Origin: the human T2T-CHM13v2.0 reference genome, Homo sapiens
DNA: 64,000 nucleotides
Assembly (NCBI RefSeq): GCF_009914755.1
Contig: NC_060948.1
Strand: one strand, 5' to 3'
Every line of letters begins with the position of its first letter. Positions within the stretch are counted from its first letter, which is position 1. Shown here piece by piece: positions 1 to 14,838 of this stretch. The notes under the pieces are model-generated. The model was given only the letters and a program-made list of their open reading frames with translations. It ran no database searches and was not told the origin of the DNA. The position numbers were made by a program, and so were the translations under genes.

Positions 1-514
1 TAATCCAATGGAATAGAATCTAATGCAATAAAACCGACTCAGATAGAGTAGAATGTAATGGAATGGAGTGCAGTGCAATGGAATGGAATGGAATGGAAGG
101 CAATGGAATGGAATGGAATGGAATGGAATGGAATGGAATGGAATGGAATGGGATGGAATGGGATGGAATGGATAGTAATGGACTGGAGTGAAATGGACTG
201 GAAAGGAATGGACTCAAATTGAAAGGGCTCGAAAGGAATGGAGTCAAATGGAATGGTCTGGAATGGAATGAACACGAATGTAATGCAATCCAATAGAATG
301 GAATCGAATGGCATGGAATATAAAGAAATGGAATCGAAGAGAATGGAAACAAATGGAATGGAATTGAATGGAATGGAATTGAATGGAATGGGAACGAATG
401 GAGTGAAATTGTATGCAGTAGAAGGGAATAGAATGGAATGCAAGCGAAAGGAAAGGAATGGATTGGAATGGAATGGAATTCATTGGAATGGAAGGGAATG
501 TAGTGTAATGGACA
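1..514 (+). repeat. partial unit (end of preceding DYZ1 unit)
   Basis: Matches 3570-4073 apart from GGAAT tract length; ends at the first GGCC (515). Confidence 0.9.
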
Positions 515-3500
515 GGCCTGGAATAAAGTGGAATGCTACGGTCTCGAATGGAATAAAAATGTATGGAATGGAATGCAATGAAACGGAATCGAATGTCATA
601 GAATGTAATGGAATGCAAAAAAATGGAATCCAAAATCATTGACTGGAAAGGCTGGGTGTCGAAAGGAATTGACTCCAATGGAATGGAATCGAATGGAATG
701 GAAGTGAATAGAATCGAACTAAATCGAATGGAATGGAATTGATAGGAACGGAATGGAAAGGAATGCAATGATTTGGCATGGAATGGAATCGAATGGCATC
801 GAATGGAATGGAATGGAATGCAATGGAATGGAATGTATTAGAATGTAATGAACTTTAATGGAATGTACTCGAATGGATTCGACTGGAATGGAATGTTCTG
901 GAAGTGAATGGACTCCAATGGAATGGATTCAAAAGGAATGGAATCGTACGGAATGGAATCTAATGGAATGGAATTAAATGGAAATGAATCAAATTGAATA
1001 GCACGGAATTGAATTGAATGGAATGGAATGCAATGGAATCTAATGAAACGGAAAGGAAAGGAATGGAATGGAATGGAAAGGGCTGGAATGGAAAGGAATC
1101 GAAACGAATGGAATGGAATCGAACTGAAGAGACTGGAATGGAATGCACTGGAATGGAAGGGAGTGTAATGGAAGGTTCTCGAAAAAAATGGAATCGAATG
1201 GAATGGAATTGAATGGAACGGAATAGAGTCGAATGGAATTGAATGGAATGGAATGGACTAGAGTGAAATGGAATCGAACCACAAGGAATGGACAGGAATA
1301 GAATGGTCTCGAATTGAATGGAATCGTATGGAATGGCATCAAACGGAATGGAATGGACAGCCACGGAATGGAATGCACTCGAATGCAATGGAGTCGAAAC
1401 TAATGGACTGGAATAGAATGGACTCGACTGGTACGGACTCCAATGGAATGGAATCGAATGGAAGGGAATCGAACGGAATGGACTCGAAGGGAAAAGACTG
1501 CAATGGAAAGGTCTCGAATGGAATGGAAATTAATGGAATGGAATGGAATCGAATGAAATGGAGTCAAAAGGAATGGAATCGAATGGCAAGAAATCGAATG
1601 TAATGGAATCGCAAGGAATTGATGTGAACGGAACGGAATGGAATGGAATCCAAAGGAATGGAATAGAATGGAATGGAATCGAATGGAAAGGACTCGAATG
1701 GAAATCACTCGAATAGAATGCAATTTAATAAAATAGGATCAAATGTAATGGAATGGAATGGAAAGGAATCGAAACGAAAGGAATGGAGACAGATGGAATG
1801 GAATGGAACAGAGAGCAATGGTATAGAATGGAATGGAATCATCTGGAATGGAATTGAATGGAATGGAATAATATGAAATGGAATGGAATGGAATGGAATG
1901 GAATGCCCTTGAATTAAATGGACTGGAATGGAATGGACTCGAACAGAGTGGAATGGAAAGTGTTGAGATAGAATGGAATGGACTCCTTTGGAATGGTGTA
2001 GTATGCAATGCAATCGACTGGCAGGGAATCAAAAGGAATGTAATGGAATGGATTGGACTGGAATGCAATGGACTCGAATAGATTGGAAACGGAATGCAAA
2101 GGAATGGAATGGAATAGTATGGAATGGAATGGAAAGGAATGGAGTGGAATAGACTAGAGTGGAATGGAATGGACTGGAAAGCAATGGACTGGAATGGAAC
2201 TTTCTTGAATGGACTGGAATCAAACGGAATGGAATGCAATGCAATCAAATGGCATGGAATAAAATAGAATGAAAGAGAATCAAATGGAATTGAATCGAAT
2301 GGAATCGAATGGATTGGAAAGGAATAGAATGGAATGGAATGGAATTGACTCAAATGGAATGGACTAGAATGGAATGGATTCGAATGGAAGGCAAAGGAAT
2401 GGAATCTATTGGAATGGACTGTAATGGAATGGAATGGAAGGGATTGGAATGGACTCGAATGGAATGGACTGCAATAGAAAGGATTCGAATGGAATGAAAA
2501 AGAATTGAATGGAATAGAACAGAATGGAATCAAATCGAATGAAATGGAATGGAATAGAAAGGAATGGAATGAAATGGAATGGAAAGGATTCGAATGGAAT
2601 GCAATCGAATGGAATGGAATCGAACGGAATGGAATAAAATGGAAGAAAACTGGCAAGAAATGGAATCGAAATGAATGGAGTGTTATGGAACGGACTCAAA
2701 AGGAATTGAATGTAATAGAATGGAGTGGAGTGGACTCGAATATAATGGACTGGAATGGAATGAAATCACAAGGAATGGGAACGAATGGAATGGAATGGAA
2801 AGGAATGGAATCGAATGGAAAGGAATCGAATGGAAGGGAATGAAATTGAATCAACAGGAATGGAAGGGAATAGAATAGACGGTAATGGAATGGACTCGAA
2901 TAGAATGGACACGAATGCTCAAATTGAATGGACTCGAATGGAATGGAAACGAAAGGAATGTCATCGAATGGAATTGAATGGATTGGAATGAAATCGCATA
3001 GAATGGATTGGAATCAAATGGAATTGAATCGAAAGGAAAGGAAGCGAATGGTCTGAAATGAAATGGAATGGAATTGAATGGAAAGTAATGCAATGGAATA
3101 GAATGGAACGAAATTTCACGGAATGGAATCAAACTGAATGGAATCAAATCAATGGAATCAAATCAAATGGAATGGAAAGGAATTGAATGGAGTAGATTGG
3201 ATTGGATGGGATTGGAATGAAATGTACTGGAAAGGACTCGAATTTCATGAAACGGAATGGAATGAATTGGAACGGAATGGACTCGAATGGAATGGAATGT
3301 CATGGAATGGCATCAAATGGAATGGCATCAAATGGAATGGAATCGAATGCAATGGAATGCTATGGAATGGAATGGAATGCATTGGAATGGAATGTCCTCT
3401 AATGGAATGGATTCGAGTGGAATGGAATCGAATATAATGGAGTCGAATGAAATGGAATTGAAAGGAGTGGGATCGAATACAATGGAATATACTGGAATGT

Positions 3501-4073
3501 AATGTAATGAACTCGAATGTAATTGACTGGAATGGAATGTACATGAATGGAATGTAATCGAATGGAAAGTAATCCAATGGAATAGAATCTAATGCAATAA
3601 AACCGACTCAGATAGAGTAGAATGTAATGGAATGGAGTGCAGTGCAATGGAATGGAATGGAATGGAATGCAATGGAATGGAATGGAATGGAATGGAATGG
3701 AATGGAATGGGATGGAATGGGATGGAATGGATAGTAATGGACTGGAGTGAAATGGACTGGAAAGGAATGGACTCAAATTGAAAGGGCTCGAAAGGAATGG
3801 AGTCAAATGGAATGGTCTGGAATGGAATGAACACGAATGTAATGCAATCCAATAGAATGGAATCGAATGGCATGGAATATAAAGAAATGGAATCGAAGAG
3901 AATGGAAACAAATGGAATGGAATTGAATGGAATGGAATTGAATGGAATGCGAACGAATGGAGTGAAATTGTATGCAGTAGAAGGGAATAGAATGGAATGC
4001 AAGCGAAAGGAAAGGAATGGATTGGAATGGAATGGAATTCATTGGAATGGAAGGGAATGTAGTGTAATGGACA
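515..4073 (+). repeat. DYZ1 unit 1, 3559 bp
   Basis: GGCC at 515 to next GGCC at 4074; ORF-track anchors 1018 and 4577 give the same spacing. Confidence 0.9.
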
Positions 4074-7000
4074 GGCCTGGAATAAAGTGGAATGCTACGG
4101 TCTCGAATGGAATAAAAATGTATGGAATGGAATGCAATGAAACGGAATCGAATGTCATAGAATGTAATGGAATGCAAAAAAATGGAATCCAAAATCATTG
4201 ACTGGAAAGGCTGGGTGTCGAAAGGAATTGACTCCAATGGTATGGAATCGAATGGAATGGAAGTGAATAGAATCGAACTAAATCGAATGGAATGGAATTG
4301 ATAGGAACGGAATGGAAAGGAATGCAATGAATTGGCATGGAATGGAATCGAATGGCATCGAATGGAATGGAATGGAATGCAATGGAATGGAATGTATTAG
4401 AATGTAATGAACTTTAATGGAATGTACTCGAATGGATTCGACTGGAATGGAATGTTCTGGAAGTGAATGGACTCCAATGGAATGGATTCAAAAGGAATGG
4501 AATCGTACGGAATGGAATCTAATGGAATGGAATTAAATGGAAATGAATCAAATTGAATAGCACGGAATTGAATTGAATGGAATGGAATGCAATGGAATCT
4601 AATGAAACGGAAAGGAAAGGAATGGAATGGAATGGAATGGGCTGGAATGGAAAGGAATCGAAACGAATGGAATGGAATCGAACTGAAGAGACTGGAATGG
4701 AATGCACTGGAATGGAAGGGAGTGTAATGGAAGGTTCTCGAAAAAAATGGAATCGAATGGAATGGAATTGAATGGAACGGAATAGAGTCGAATGGAATTG
4801 AATGGAATGGAATGGACTAGAGTGAAATGGAATCGAACCACAAGGAATGGACAGGAATAGAATGGTCTCGAATTGAATGGAATCGTATGGAATGGCATCA
4901 AACGGAATGGAATGGACAGCCACGGAATGGAATGCACTCGAATGCAATGGAGTCGAAACGTCGAAACTAATGGACTGGAATAGAATGGACTCGACTGGTA
5001 CGGACTCCAATGGAATGGAATCGAATGGAAGGGAATCGAACGGAATGGACTCGAAGGGAAAAGACTGCAATGGAAAGGTCTCGAATGGAATGGAAATTAA
5101 TGGAATGGAATGGAATCGAATGAAATGGAGTCAAAAGGAATGGAATCGAATGGCAAGAAATCGAATGTAATGGAATCGCAAGGAATTGATGTGAACGGAA
5201 CGGAATGGAATGGAATCCAAAGGAATGGAATAGAATGGAATGGAATCGAATGGAAAGGACTCGAATGGAAATCACTCGAATAGAATGCAATTTAATAAAA
5301 TAGGATCAAATGTAATGGAATGGAATGGAAAGGAATCGAAACGAAAGGAATGGAGACAGATGGAATGGAATGGAACAGAGAGCAATGGTATAGAATGGAA
5401 TGGAATCATCTGGAATGGAATTGAATGGAATGGAATAATATGAAATGGAATGGAATGGAATGGAATGGAATGTCCTTGAATTAAATGGACTGGAATGGAA
5501 TGGACTCGAACAGAGTGGAATGGAAAGTGTTGAGATAGAATGCAATGGACTCCTTTGGAATGGTGTAGTATGCAATGCAATCGACTGGCAGGGAATCAAA
5601 AGGAATGTAATGGAATGGATTGGACTGGAATGCAATGGACTCGAATAGATTGGAAACGGAATGCAAAGGAATGGAATGGAATAGTATGGAATGGAATGGA
5701 AAGGAATGGAGTGGAATAGACTAGAGTGGAATGGAATGGACTGGAAAGCAATGGACTGGAATGGAACTTTCTTGAATGGACTGGAATCAAACGGAATGGA
5801 ATGCAATGCAATCAAATGGCATGGAATAAAATAGAATGAAAGAGAATCAAATGGAATTGAATCGAATGGAATCGAATGGATTGGAAAGGAATAGAATGGA
5901 ATGGAATGGAATTGACTCAAATGGAATGGACTAGAATGGAATGGATTCGAATGGAAGGCAAAGGAATGGAATCTATTGGAATGGACTGTAATGGAATGGA
6001 ATGGAAGGGATTGGAATGGACTCGAATGGAATGGACTGCAATAGAAAGGATTCGAATGGAATGAAAAAGAATTGAATGGAATAGAACAGAATGGAATCAA
6101 ATCGAATGAAATGGAATGGAATAGAAAGGAATGGAATGAAATGGAATGGAAAGGATTCGAATGGAATGCAATCGAATGGAATGGAATCGAACGGAATGGA
6201 ATAAAATGGAAGAAAACTGGCAAGAAATGGAATCGAAATGAATGGAGTGTTATGGAACGGACTCAAAAGGAATTGAATGTAATAGAATGGAGTGGAGTGG
6301 ACTCGAATATAATGGACTGGAATGGAATGAAATCACAAGGAATGGGAACGAATGGAATGGAATGGAAAGGAATGGAATCGAATGGAAAGGAATCGAATGG
6401 AAGGGAATGAAATTGAATCAACAGGAATGGAAGGGAATAGAATAGACGGTAATGGAATGGACTCGAATAGAATGGACACGAATGCTCAAATTGAATGGAC
6501 TCGAATGGAATGGAAACGAAAGGAATGTCATCGAATGGAATTGAATGGATTGGAATGAAATCGCATAGAATGGAGTGGAATCAAATGGAATTGAATCGAA
6601 AGGAAAGGAAGCGAATGGACTGAAATGAAATGGAATGGAATTGAATGGAAAGTAATGCAATGGAATAGAATGGAACGAAATTTCACGGAATGGAATCAAA
6701 CTGAATGGAATCAAATCAATGGAATCAAATCAAATGGAATGGAAAGGAATTGAATGGAGTAGATTGGATTGGATGGGATTGGAATGAAATGTACTGGAAA
6801 GGACTCGAATTTCATGAAACGGAATGGAATGAATTGGAACGGAATGGACTCGAATGGAATGGAATGTCATGGAATGGCATCAAATGGAATGGCATCAAAT
6901 GGAATGGAATCGAATGCAATGGAATGCTATGGAATGGAATGGAATGCATTGGAATGGAATGTCCTCTAATGGAATGGATTCGAGTGGAATGGAATCGAAT

Positions 7001-7650
7001 ATAATGGAGTCGAATGAAATGGAATTGAAAGGAGTGGGATCGAATACAATGGAATATACTGGAATGTAATGTAATGAACTCGAATGTAATTGACTGGAAT
7101 GGAATGTACATGAATGGAATGTAATCGAATGGAAAGTAATCCAATGGAATAGAATCTAATGCAATAAAACCGACTCAGATAGAGTAGAATGTAATGGAAT
7201 GGAGTGCAGTGCAATGGAATGGAATGGAATGGAATGCAATGGAATGGAATGGAATGGAATGGAATGGAATGGAATGGAATGGAATGGGATGGAATGGGAT
7301 GGAATGGATAGTAATGGACTGGAGTGAAATGGACTGGAAAGGAATGGACTCAAATTGAAAGGGCTCGAAAGGAATGGAGTCAAATGGAATGGTCTGGAAT
7401 GGAATGAACACGAATGTAATGCAATCCAATAGAATGGAATCGAATGGCATGGAATATAAAGAAATGGAATCGAAGAGAATGGAAACAAATGGAATGGAAT
7501 TGAATGGAATGGAATTGAATGGAATGGGAACGAATGGAGTGAAATTGTATGCAGTAGAAGGGAATAGAATGGAATGCAAGCGAAAGGAAAGGAATGGATT
7601 GGAATGGAATGGAATTCATTGGAATGGAAGGGAATGTAGTGTAATGGACA
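4074..7650 (+). repeat. DYZ1 unit 2, 3577 bp (8-bp duplication)
   Basis: GGCC 4074 to 7651; GTCGAAAC x2 at 4952-4967. Confidence 0.9.
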
Positions 7651-10600
7651 GGCCTGGAATAAAGTGGAATGCTACGGTCTCGAATGGAATAAAAATGTAT
7701 GGAATGGAATGCAATGAAACGGAATCGAATGTCATAGAATGTAATGGAATGCAAAAAAATGGAATCCAAAATCATTGACTGGAAAGGCTGGGTGTCGAAA
7801 GGAATTGACTCCAATGGAATGGAATCGAATGGAATGGAAGTGAATAGAATCGAACTAAATCGAATGGAATGGAATTGATAGGAACGGAATGGAAAGGAAT
7901 GCAATGATTTGGCATGGAATGGAATCGAATGGCATCGAATGGAATGGAATGGAATGCAATGGAATGGAATGTATTAGAATGTAATGAACTTTAATGGAAT
8001 GTACTCGAATGGATTCGACTGGAATGGAATGTTCTGGAAGTGAATGGACTCCAATGGAATGGATTCAAAAGGAATGGAATCGTACGGAATGGAATCTAAT
8101 GGAATGGAATTAAATGGAAATGAATCAAATTGAATAGCACGGAATTGAATTGAATGGAATGGAATGCAATGGAATCTAATGAAACGGAAAGGAAAGGAAT
8201 GGAATGGAATGGAATGGGCTGGAATGGAAAGGAATCGAAACGAATGGAATGGAATCGAACTGAAGAGACTGGAATGGAATGCACTGGAATGGAAGGGAGT
8301 GTAATGGAAGGTTCTCGAAAAAAATGGAATCGAATGGAATGGAATTGAATGGAACGGAATAGAGTCGAATGGAATTGAATGGAATGGAATGGACTAGAGT
8401 GAAATGGAATCGAACCACAAGGAATGGACAGGAATAGAATGGTCTCGAATTGAATGGAATCGTATGGAATGGCATCAAACGGAATGGAATGGACAGCCAC
8501 GGAATGGAATGCACTCGAATGCAATGGAGTCGAAACTAATGGACTGGAATAGAATGGACTCGACTGGTACGGACTCCAATGGAATGGAATCGAATGGAAG
8601 GGAATCGAACGGAATGGACTCGAAGGGAAAAGACTGCAATGGAAAGGTCTCGAATGGAATGGAAATTAATGGAATGGAATGGAATCGAATGAAATGGAGT
8701 CAAAAGGAATGGAATCGAATGGCAAGAAATCGAATGTAATGGAATCGCAAGGAATTGATGTGAACGGAACGGAATGGAATGGAATCCAAAGGAATGGAAT
8801 AGAATGGAATGGAATCGAATGGAAAGGACTCGAATGGAAATCACTCGAATAGAATGCAATTTAATAAAATAGGATCAAATGTAATGGAATGGAATGGAAA
8901 GGAATCGAAACGAAAGGAATGGAGACAGATGGAATGGAATGGAACAGAGAGCAATGGTATAGAATGGAATGGAATCATCTGGAATGGAATTGAATGGAAT
9001 GGAATAATATGAAATGGAATGGAATGGAATGGAATGGAATGGAATGGAATGGAATGGAATGCCCTTGAATTAAATGGACTGGAATAGAATGGACTCGAAC
9101 AGAGTGGAATGGAAAGTGTTGAGATAGAATGCAATGGACTCCTTCGGAATGGTCTAGTATGCAATGCAATCGACTGGCAGGGAATCAAAAGGAATGTAAT
9201 CGAATGGATTGGACTGGAATGCAGTGGACTCGAATAGATTGGAAACGGAATGCAAAGGAATGGAATGGAATAGTATGGAATGGAATGGAAAGGAATGGAG
9301 TGGAATAGACTAGAGTGGAATGGAATGGACTGGAAAGCAATGGACTGGAATGGAACTTTCTTGAATGGACTGGAATCAAATGGAATGGAATGCAATGCAA
9401 TCAAATGGCATGGAATAAAATAGAATGAAAGAGAATCAAATGGAATTGAATCGAATGGAATCGAATGGATTGGAAAGGAATAGAATGGAATGGAATGGAA
9501 TTGACTCAAATAGAATGGACTAGAATGGAATGGATTCGAATGGAAGGCAAAGGAATGGAATCTATTGGAATCGACTGTAATGGAATGGAATGGAAGGGAT
9601 TGGAATGGACTCGAATGGAATGGACTGCAATAGAAAGGATTCGAATGGAATGAAAAAGAATTGAACGGAATAGAACAGAATGGAATCAAATCGAATGAAA
9701 TGGAATGGAATAGAAAGGAATGGAATGAAATGGAATGGAAAGGATTCGAATGGAATGCAATCGAATGGAATGGAATCGAACGGAATGGAATAAAATGGAA
9801 GAAAACTGGCAAGAAATGGAATAGAAATGAATGGAGTGTTATGGAACGGACTCAAAAGGAATTGAATGTAATAGAATGGAGTGGAGTGGACTCGAATATA
9901 ATGGACTGGAATGGAATGAAATCACATGGAATGGGAACGAATGGAATGGAATGGAAAGGAATGGAATCGAATGGAAAGGAATCGAATGGAAGGGAATGAA
10001 ATTGAATCAACAGGAATGGAATGGAATAGAATAGACGGTAATGGAATGGACTCGAATAGAATGGACACGAATGCTGAAATTGAATGGACTCGAATGGAAT
10101 GGAAACGAAAGGAATGTCATCGAATGGAATTGAATCGATTGGAATGAAATCGCATAGAATGGAGTGGAATCAAATGGAATTGAATCGAAAGGAAAGGAAG
10201 CGAATGGACTGAAATGAAATGGAATGGAATTGAATGGAAAGTAATGCAATGGAATAGAATGGAACGAAATTTCACGGAATGGAATCAAACTGAATGGAAT
10301 CAAATCAATGGAATCAAATCAAATGGAATGGAAAGGAATTGAATGGAGTAGATTGGATTGGATGGGATTGGAATGAAATGTACTGGAAAGGACTCGAATT
10401 TCATGAAACGGAATAGAATGAATTGGAACGGAATGGACTCGAATGGAATGGAATGTCATGGAATGGCATCAAATGGAATGCCATCAAATGGAATGGAATC
10501 GAATGCAATGGAATGCTATGGAATGGAATGGAATGCATTGGAATGGAATGTCCTCTAATGGAATGGATTCGAGTGGAATGGAATCGAATATAATGGAGTC

Positions 10601-11239
10601 GAATGAAATGGAATTGAAAGGAGTGGGATCGAATACAATGGAATATACTGGAATGTAATGTAATGAACTCGAATGTAATTGACTGGAATGGAATGTACAT
10701 GAATGGAATGTAATCGAATGGAAAGTAATCCAATGGAATAGAATCTAATGCAATAAAACCGACTCAGATAGAGTAGAATGTAATGGAATGGAGTGCAGTG
10801 CAATGGAATGGAATGGAATGGAATGCAATGGAATGGAATGGAATGGAATGGAATGGAATGGAATGGAATGGAATGGGATGGAATGGGATGGAATGGATAG
10901 TAATGGACTGGAGTGAAATGGACTGGAAAGGAATGGACTCAAATTGAAAGGGCTCGAAAGGAATGGAGTCAAATGGAATGGTCTGGAATGGAATGAACAC
11001 GAATGTAATGCAATCCAATAGAATGGAATCGAATGGCATGGAATATAAAGAAATGGAATCGAAGAGAATGGAAACAAATGGAATGGAATTGAATGGAATG
11101 GAATTGAATGGAATGGGAACGAATGGAGTGAAATTGTATGCAGTAGAAGGGAATAGAATGGAATGCAAGCGAAAGGAAAGGAATGGATTGGAATGGAATG
11201 GAATTCATTGGAATGGAAGGGAATGTAGTGTAATGGACA
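7651..11239 (+). repeat. DYZ1 unit 3, 3589 bp
   Basis: GGCC 7651 to 11240; expanded GGAAT tract near 9013-9060. Confidence 0.9.
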
Positions 11240-14200
11240 GGCCTGGAATAAAGTGGAATGCTACGGTCTCGAATGGAATAAAAATGTATGGAATGGAATG
11301 CAATGAAACGGAATCGAATGTCATAGAATGTAATGGAATGCAAAAAAATGGAATCCAAAATCATTGACTGGAAAGGCTGGGTGTCGAAAGGAATTGACTC
11401 CAATGGAATGGAATCGAATGGAATGGAAGTGAATAGAATCGAACTAAATCGAATGGAATGGAATTGATAGGAACGGAATGGAAAGGAATGCAATGATTTG
11501 GCATGGAATGGAATCGAATGGCATCGAATGGAATGGAATGGAATGCAATGGAATGGAATGTATTAGAATGTAATGAACTTTAATGGAATGTACTCGAATG
11601 GATTCGACTGGAATGGAATGTTCTGGAAGTGAATGGACTCCAATGGAATGGATTCAAAAGGAATGGAATCGTACGGAATGGAATCTAATGGAATGGAATT
11701 AAATGGAAATGAATCAAATTGAATAGCACGGAATTGAATTGAATGGAATGGAATGCAATGGAATCTAATGAAACGGAAAGGAAAGGAATGGAATGGAATG
11801 GAATGGGCTGGAATGGAAAGGAATCGAAACGAATGGAATGGAATCGAACTGAAGAGACTGGAATGGAATGCACTGGAATGGAAGGGAGTGTAATGGAAGG
11901 TTCTCGAAAAAAATGGAATCGAATGGAATGGAATTGAATGGAACGGAATAGAGTCGAATGGAATTGAATGGAATGGAATGGACTAGAGTGAAATGGAATC
12001 GAACCACAAGGAACGGACAGGAATAGAATGGTCTCGAATTGAATGGAATCGTATGGAATGGCATCAAACGGAATGGAATGGACAGCCACGGAATGGAATG
12101 CACTCGAATGCAATGGAGTCGAAACTAATGGACTGGAATAGAATGGACTCGACTGGTACGGACTCCAATGGAATGGAATCGAATGGAAGGGAATCGAACG
12201 GAATGGACTCGAAGGGAAAAGACTGCAATGGAAAGGTCTCGAATGGAATGGAAATTAATGGAATGGAATGGAATCGAATGAAAAGGAGTCAAAAGGAATG
12301 GAATCGAATGGCAAGAAATCGAATGTAATGGAATCGCAAGGAATTGATGTGAACGGAACGGAATGGAATGGAATCCAAAGGAATGGAATAGAATGGAATG
12401 GAATCGAATGGAAAGGACTCGAATGGAAATCACTCGAATAGAATGCAATTTAATAAAATAGGATCAAATGTAATGGAATGGAATGGAAAGGAATCGAAAC
12501 GAAAGGAATGGAGACAGATGGAATGGAATGGAACAGAGAGCAATGGTATAGAATGGAATGGAATCATCTGGAATGGAATTGAATGGAATGGAATAATATG
12601 AAATGGAATGGAATGGAATGGAATGGAATGGAATGGAATGGAATGGAATGCCCTTGAATTAAATGGACTGGAATAGAATGGACTCGAACAGAGTGGAATG
12701 GAAAGTGTTGAGATAGAATGCAATGGACTCCTTCGGAATGGTCTAGTATGCAATGCAATCGACTGGCAGGGAATCAAAAGGAATGTAATCGAATGGATTG
12801 GACTGGAATGCAGTGGACTCGAATAGATTGGAAACGGAATGCAAAGGAATGGAATGGAATAGTATGGAATGGAATGGAAAGGAATGGAGTGGAATAGACT
12901 AGAGTGGAATGGAATGGACTGGAAAGCAATGGACTGGAATGGAACTTTCTTGAATGGACTGGAATCAAACGGAATGGAATGCAATGCAATCAAATGGCAT
13001 GGAATAAAATAGAATGAAAGAGAATCAAATGGAATTGAATCGAATGGAATCGAATGGATTGGAAAGGAATAGAATGGAATGGAATGGAATTGACTCAAAT
13101 AGAATGGACTAGAATGGAATGGATTCGAATGGAAGGCAAAGGAATGGAATCTATTGGAATGGACTGTAATGGAATGGAATGGAAGGGATTGGAATGGACT
13201 CGAATGGAATGGACTGCAATAGAAAGGATTCGAATGGAATGAAAAAGAATTGAACGGAATAGAACAGAATGGAATCAAATCGAATGAAATGGAATGGAAT
13301 AGAAAGGAATGGAATGAAATGGAATGGAAAGGATTCGAATGGAATGCAATCGAATGGAATGGAATCGAACGGAATGGAATAAAATGGAAGAAAACTGGCA
13401 AGAAATGGAATAGAAATGAATGGAGTGTTATGGAACGGACTCAAAAGGAATTGAATGTAATAGAATGGAGTGGAGTGGACTCGAATATAATGGACTGGAA
13501 TGGAATGAAATCACATGGAATGGGAACGAATGGAATGGAATGGAAAGGAATGGAATCGAATGGAAAGGAATCGAATGGAAGGGAATGAAATTGAATCAAC
13601 AGGAATGGAATGGAATAGAATAGACGGTAATGGAATGGACTCGAATAGAATGGACACGAATGCTGAAATTGAATGGACTCGAATGGAATGGAAACGAAAG
13701 GAATGTCATCGAATGGAATTGAATCGATTGGAATGAAATCGCATAGAATGGAGTGGAATCAAATGGAATTGAATCGAAAGGAAAGGAAGCGAATGGACTG
13801 AAATGAAATGGAATGGAATTGAATGGAAAGTAATGCAATGGAATAGAATGGAACGAAATTTCACGGAATGGAATCAAACTGAATGGAATCAAATCAATGG
13901 AATCAAATCAAATGGAATGGAAAGGAATTGAATGGAGTAGATTGGATTGGATGGGATTGGAATGAAATGTACTGGAAACGACTCGAATTTCATGAAACGG
14001 AATGGAATGAATTGGAACGGAATGGACTCGAATGGAATGGAATGTCATGGAATGGCATCAAATGGAATGGCATCAAATGGAATGGAATCGAATGCAATGG
14101 AATGCTATGGAATGGAATGGAATGCATTGGAATGGAATGTCCTCTAATGGAATGGATTCGAGTGGAATGGAATCGAATATAATGGAGTCGAATGAAATGG

Positions 14201-14838
14201 AATTGAAAGGAGTGGGATCGAATACAATGGAATATACTGGAATGTAATGTAATGAACTCGAATGTAATTGACTGGAATGGAATGTACATGAATGGAATGT
14301 AATCGAATGGAAAGTAATCCAATGGAATAGAATCTAATGCAATAAAACCGACTCAGATAGAGTAGAATGTAATGGAATGGAGTGCAGTGCAATGGAATGG
14401 AATGGAATGGAATGCAATGGAATGGAATGGAATGGAATGGAATGGAATGGAATGGAATGGAATGGAATGGAATGGGATGGAATGGGATGGAATGGATAGT
14501 AATGGACTGGAGTGAAATGGACTGGAAAGGAATGGACTCAAATTGAAAGGGCTCGAAAGGAATGGAGTCAAATGGAATGGTCTGGAATGGAATGAACACG
14601 AATGTAATGCAATCCAATAGAATGGAATCGAATGGCATGGAATATAAAGAAATGGAATCGAAGAGAATGGAAACAAATGGAATGGAATTGAATGGAATGG
14701 AATTGAATGGAATGGGAACGAATGGAGTGAAATTGTATGCAGTAGAAGGGAATAGAATGGAATGCAAGCGAAAGGAAAGGAATGGATTGGAATGGAATGG
14801 AATTCATTGGAATGGAAGGGAATGTAGTGTAATGGACA
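11240..14838 (+). repeat. DYZ1 unit 4, 3599 bp (sister of unit 3)
   Basis: GGCC 11240 to 14839; shares private variants with unit 3. Confidence 0.9.

Noticed and set aside
521-560. AATAAA hexamers (here and at ~27, ~1727, ~2258, ~2633 in each unit) as polyadenylation signals
   Set aside because: Mostly expected from GGAAT>GAATAAA drift; no transcript evidence can be derived from the sequence.
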